Shown here: piece by piece, positions 59,809-64,000 of the stretch | Layout of the letters: the number at the start of each line of letters is the position of its first letter | Numbering within the stretch: position 1 is the first letter of the stretch | Origin: Paraspadella gotoi | Lineage: Eukaryota; Animalia; Chaetognatha | DNA length: 64,000 bases | Direction of reading: 5' to 3' | Assembly: GCA_051294375.1 (NCBI GenBank) | Contig: CM119270.1 | Span: forward strand, 18,420,159 to 18,484,158 | Notes under the pieces: model-generated | Seen by the model: only the letters and a program-made list of their open reading frames with translations | The model's database searches: none | Told to the model about the DNA's origin: nothing | Position numbers and translations under genes: made by a program

Positions 59809-60291
59809 TTAAAGTAAGGTTGGTTAAATATTAAAAAAAACTCCTAATCGAAAATTCTCAATTTTAAGGGCGGAATGACGACCGTTCAAAAAAATATTAA
59901 AAAAATATTTAAAAAAGGGGGAAAAAATGAAAAAGAAAAAAGGGGGAAAAATGAGATCCATTGATGAAAGGAAATCGAATGAGAAATTAGAGGAAGAACC
60001 AGATTCCGATTCGACGAATTAACATCGACGATCGAAAGAGCGAGTGGAATAAATCGGAATTGGAGGAAAAAAAGGGAGGAAAGGCAAAAAAATGGAGGAA
60101 AGGAAAAAAAGGGAGGAAAAGAAAAAAATGAGGAAAGGAAAGAAGGGGAGGAAAAAAGGGATGAAAGGAAAGAAGTGAGGAAAAAAAAAAGGAGGAAAGG
60201 AAAGAAAATTAGGACTAATAGAAGAAGAACGATGATGAGAGCGACGGGGGAAAAGGGAATGAAAAAAAACAAGAGAGAGAGAGAGAGAAAG

Positions 60292-60361
<70 letters not shown>

Positions 60362-60890
60362 ATGTTCGTGTGTGAAATGAGAGTGAAATATTAAGGAGCT
60401 TTGAAGCTGGAAAGGAATTGAAACGAGGGGAAAAGGTGATGAATGGAAATTTAGGAGTAGGTAATAAAAACAAAACTAAAAAAAAACAAAAAACAAAAAA
60501 ACAAAAAAACAAAAAAACAAAAAAAAGGGAAAAAAAGCTAAACGTTAAAAAACAGAAGCGCAAATTGCAGCGAATTATGATGATGTACCTGACAAGAGAA
60601 AGGAACTTAGGAAGAAAGTACCAAAGATGTAATAAGTAGAGAGAAAACCTACTTAAGAAAAAAGTTGTAAATTTAGGAGAAGGAGACAAAGTCCAGACTG
60701 ACACTCAAACTAGAGAATTAAAAAGGTTTTAACGGAATTTAAAAATTCGAAAAGATATGAGAAACTGAAAAAAGCAAAAACAAAAACAAAAGGGAACGAA
60801 AAAGCGAAAGAAACCGAGTGAATAAGAAGGTGAACTATTTTTTGGGGGATAAAAAAATCAACAAAATAAAGGCATTGGTGAAACAGAAAG

Positions 60891-61230
60891 AACAAGAAAC
60901 GGTTATTCCAATGTGTTGCGCCGCATTACTTTTATTTTTATTCTCTTATCCTTCGGATTTTCGTTTATATACGACACGCTCTGCATCGTAATCCCATCTT
61001 TTATTCCTTAAAGTTTATAACATTTATTTAAAAACAAAAAGGTGGCGCAAGTAGTCGCTTATATATAGTTTCAACTTTCAACTAATGAGAAACGAACTAT
61101 AGGCAAGTTATAAGCGTTTTCAACGATAAGTGCGGACAGACCGACGGACAGATGTACCGACCGACAGACAACCGACCAAAAAGTGACTTATAGAGTTGCC
61201 CCCGCTAGTACTCGCGGCACAACTAAAAAA
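60891..61230 (-). mobile_element. HINE/DINE-1-like element, second family (copy 2, best preserved)
   Basis: Subterminal inverted repeats GTTGCGCCGC (60915-24) and GCGGCACAAC (61214-23); hairpin partner GTTGCCCCCGC (61195-205); GACC/GACA microsatellite; flanking A-run. Confidence 0.75.
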
Positions 61231-62362
61231 TGGAAAAAGCAAAAAAAGTGAATCGATATCAGGAAAGAGAAAAGTTGAAGCGATTCTTCTTCGTGGAATA
61301 AAATGCAAAACCCAAAAAAAAACTTCAGCTTGGAAAGGTGATTAAGCCTAAGATTAAGATTAAGATTAGAATTAAGATTAAGATAAAACAAAAGGAGATT
61401 AAATAAAGAAGGATGATTATATAAATATTAATCCATTAATCTTTAATTATTTTACAAAGTGAGGATAAAACCTCGAGAAAATAAATCAAAAGTTAAACGA
61501 AAGATACTAACAAAAGATATAAATATTTGCAGAGTTCAATCAACCGAGCTTGTTGGTTGGCGACCGTTGACTCTGTCGAAAGACCGCAATTACTTTTTTT
61601 TTTAGCTCGGCTACTGACGCGCTTCTATAGAAGAATTATCGGTTGGTCGGTCAGTTTATCGATTTTATTTTGAAACTTCGTAACATTCATAACAGAGAGA
61701 ATGAAACTGAAATGAATTTCTATACAGAAGCGATGGAGGTGAGGGGGCCGGTGGGGAAAGGGTGACGAACATGAAACGAAACCAGCGTTGGTATCAGATT
61801 AATATTAGTATTTATTGTCTTTTTGTTTTAAGTTTCAAGCTCGCTACTAAAACCTTTAGAACTTCATCAAGATAAAGAGATATCGCCAGTGAAAGGTTCG
61901 GCAGGATGGCGCTAAATGCTCGAAGGTGCCATGTAGCATGTCGTTTATGGGGCTCTCTTTTCCGAGAGTCTCCCATTTTTGATCGTTTTTCCCAAAATTT
62001 TATTTTAATTTTAATATTGAATTCTAATATATTTTTAAACTAATAAATCTATAGAGATATTGTCATTGCTCTTTTGCTTTTTCTATAGTTTTTTCATAGC
62101 TCTGATAGAGTTCGCTTTTTGCTTACTTTCCCTCCACTTTTCTCTTCTAGTTCAAAGATGTAGACTATTGGCTTCTTACCTGTCCACAAACGGCCTTTTT
62201 ACGACGGTAGTCAGCAAGTAGCCACGTCACTAATCACGTCACCTCTGTCACCATTTTCAGATAGACTTTAGTCAGAGGGCTAAGAGCCCTCAACGAAGCC
62301 ACAAGACCGGACTTGCGGTTGCTATGAACTGGGCTACAGGCCCTTCGGACTTGCGGTCTTAC

Positions 62363-62464
62363 GAAGTGGACGACGCTGTAGACTGACGCCAGCTTCCTGC
62401 TACTCCAAGTTGTGGCGCGATGGGGCGGAAGATGAAGGGACTCCCGGCAGAGCGGGCAAACTCT
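62363..62464 (-). CDS. Candidate upstream exon EFARSAGSPFIFRPIAPQLGVAGSWRQSTASST
   Basis: TTGTCAG|A and TTC|GTAAGA; 102 bp, phase 2 to 2, compatible with the 56796 exon; other frames and the plus strand cannot be excluded. Confidence 0.3.
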
Positions 62465-62762
62465 CTGACAAAATCAATCCCTAAACTAATCCTAAACCCT
62501 CATTTAATTCNNNNNNNNNNNNNNNNNNNNNNNNNTTCTGAGCCCTAACTCTTACGCCTTATAAATTGATTTTTTGACCCTAACCTTAAATACTAGTTCC
62601 TAACCCAAATGCTAACCTAATAACAAAGGGAAACAAAGTCCTTCATCTTCAATAATTAATCTAATCCTTAACCTTTAACCCTAATCTTTAATAGAAAATT
62701 CAGAATTTAAGATAAAAATGGGTCGTTCTTGGAAAATAAGGCCGCTTATTGTTGCTACAAAG

Positions 62763-64000
62763 CTACGTGCCATTGTGCCAGGTCCGCGAAGACCACGGGC
62801 GCTGTCGTCGCGCACAAACCAAGGGCTTGTCTCTTGGGTTACCTAGGGGGAGTCAACACTCGACACGTGTCACGAAGGCGTTTCGAAAACGTGGCGTATT
62901 TTGCTACGGCGTGACAACGACGGGGCGTGTCCGTTTCGGATCCAGAGATAAAAAAAAAACACAGGAAGAAGCGAAGGAAAACGAGAAATCGATTTGAGTC
63001 GCAATCTGTCGTACTTGTTTCCGGTCGCTCACGTCCGCCCCCATTCCAATCCCCCCCGACAGCCGTGCCGGTCTTCCCGTTATTCTTTCCTTCTTTTTTC
63101 CTTTTTTCCTTTTCCTTTCTTCCCTCTATTTGCTGATCACCGCGTTTTTTTCGACATCGACGTTCGCCTCCAACAAACAACAACGCAAAAAACAACGAAA
63201 GCGACAGCGTCAGCGGAGTCAGGAGAAGAACAGCAGAATCAGCGTAAGTGCTCGCGATTTCGGTCACGTTTCTTCGCTCCTCAACTCGGAAGAGCAGACG
63301 TCGGTTCGAGACGTCTGCGAATTGAGATCGTGGCGCCGGCGTTATTTAGTGAAATACCATGTTTATTTCACCATATTTTATTCAAGTCTAATATTTCGAA
63401 GAGTGTCTAGTTAAAGGGTAAAAATTTTTTTTGGTAAGACTTAGCGAATATAAAGTATATTTATAAATATATATTTCAACAGGTTCGCGTTGTTTAAAAA
63501 AAAACGTACGATTTCCGAAAAAAAAAAACCTTTTTCTAACCCCAACCCCGAATTTTATATTTCGGATTCAGAAAAAAGATTAATTTTCATTTATTATAAT
63601 TGCAAACTGGAAAAGAACTCTGTATTCATTTCACGAGGTGGTCGTTATCGTGCGAATGGTTCTCGATATGAAATGAATATGAAAAGAAATGGAAGAGAAA
63701 GGAGAGAGCGAACAGTCGAAGAGGGGGGGGTCGGGGGGGGGTCGAGGGGGGGGGTCGGGGGGGGGGAGAACTGGGGAGGAAACGCACGATTAAACCGTGG
63801 CTGAGACCTTGAAATATTTAAATCGTCTAACAGATTTAAAAACTGTTTTTTTAAATTCATCAAACCGCAATACTACGTGCCATTGTGCCAGGTCGCGATG
63901 ACCACGGGACGCTGGTCCGTCGCCGCACAAACCAAGGGGCTTGTCTCTTGGGCGTTACCTAGGGGGAGTCAACACTCGACACGTGTCACGAAGGGCGTTT
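62763..64000. repeat. Direct repeat of at least 120 bp (62763-62883 and 63873-64000), spaced about 1.1 kb
   Basis: CTACGTGCCATTGTGCCAGGTC...GACACGTGTCACGAAGG occurs twice, differing by small indels. Confidence 0.9.

Overview
Eukaryotic (metazoan, probably invertebrate) genomic DNA: AT-rich introns full of (AG)n, (CGA)n and other microsatellites, GC-rich exons and many N gaps. Most of the window is one large minus-strand multi-exon gene for a coiled-coil scaffold of the SRCIN1 (p140Cap/SNIP) / KIAA1217 (Sickle tail) / Drosophila CG32809 family (AIP3-type coiled coil). I traced splice-phase-consistent exons from about 26.6 kb down to a stop codon at 6702; a conserved exon at 52.9-53.1 kb also fits, and the 5' exons probably lie beyond 64 kb. 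The first 150 bp hold an exon of a probable ABCC-type transporter. The main structural feature is a giant interrupted inverted repeat centred near 37.5 kb (right arm 37.8-46.6 kb, left arm 18.5-37.3 kb) that duplicates three coiled-coil exons in antisense. The left arm contains a 5.46-kb TTAA-flanked, GG...CC-ended (Kolobok-type) transposon whose exact empty site is visible in the right arm. That element carries a decayed spliced gene, two Helentron-type HINEs, a tRNA-derived SINE and a Penelope-like fold-back with hammerhead ribozyme cores. Many 1-nt indels and noisy local duplications next to gaps suggest unpolished long-read or haplotig assembly, so the palindrome may be partly artefactual. 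Family assignments are from recalled motifs, not database searches.
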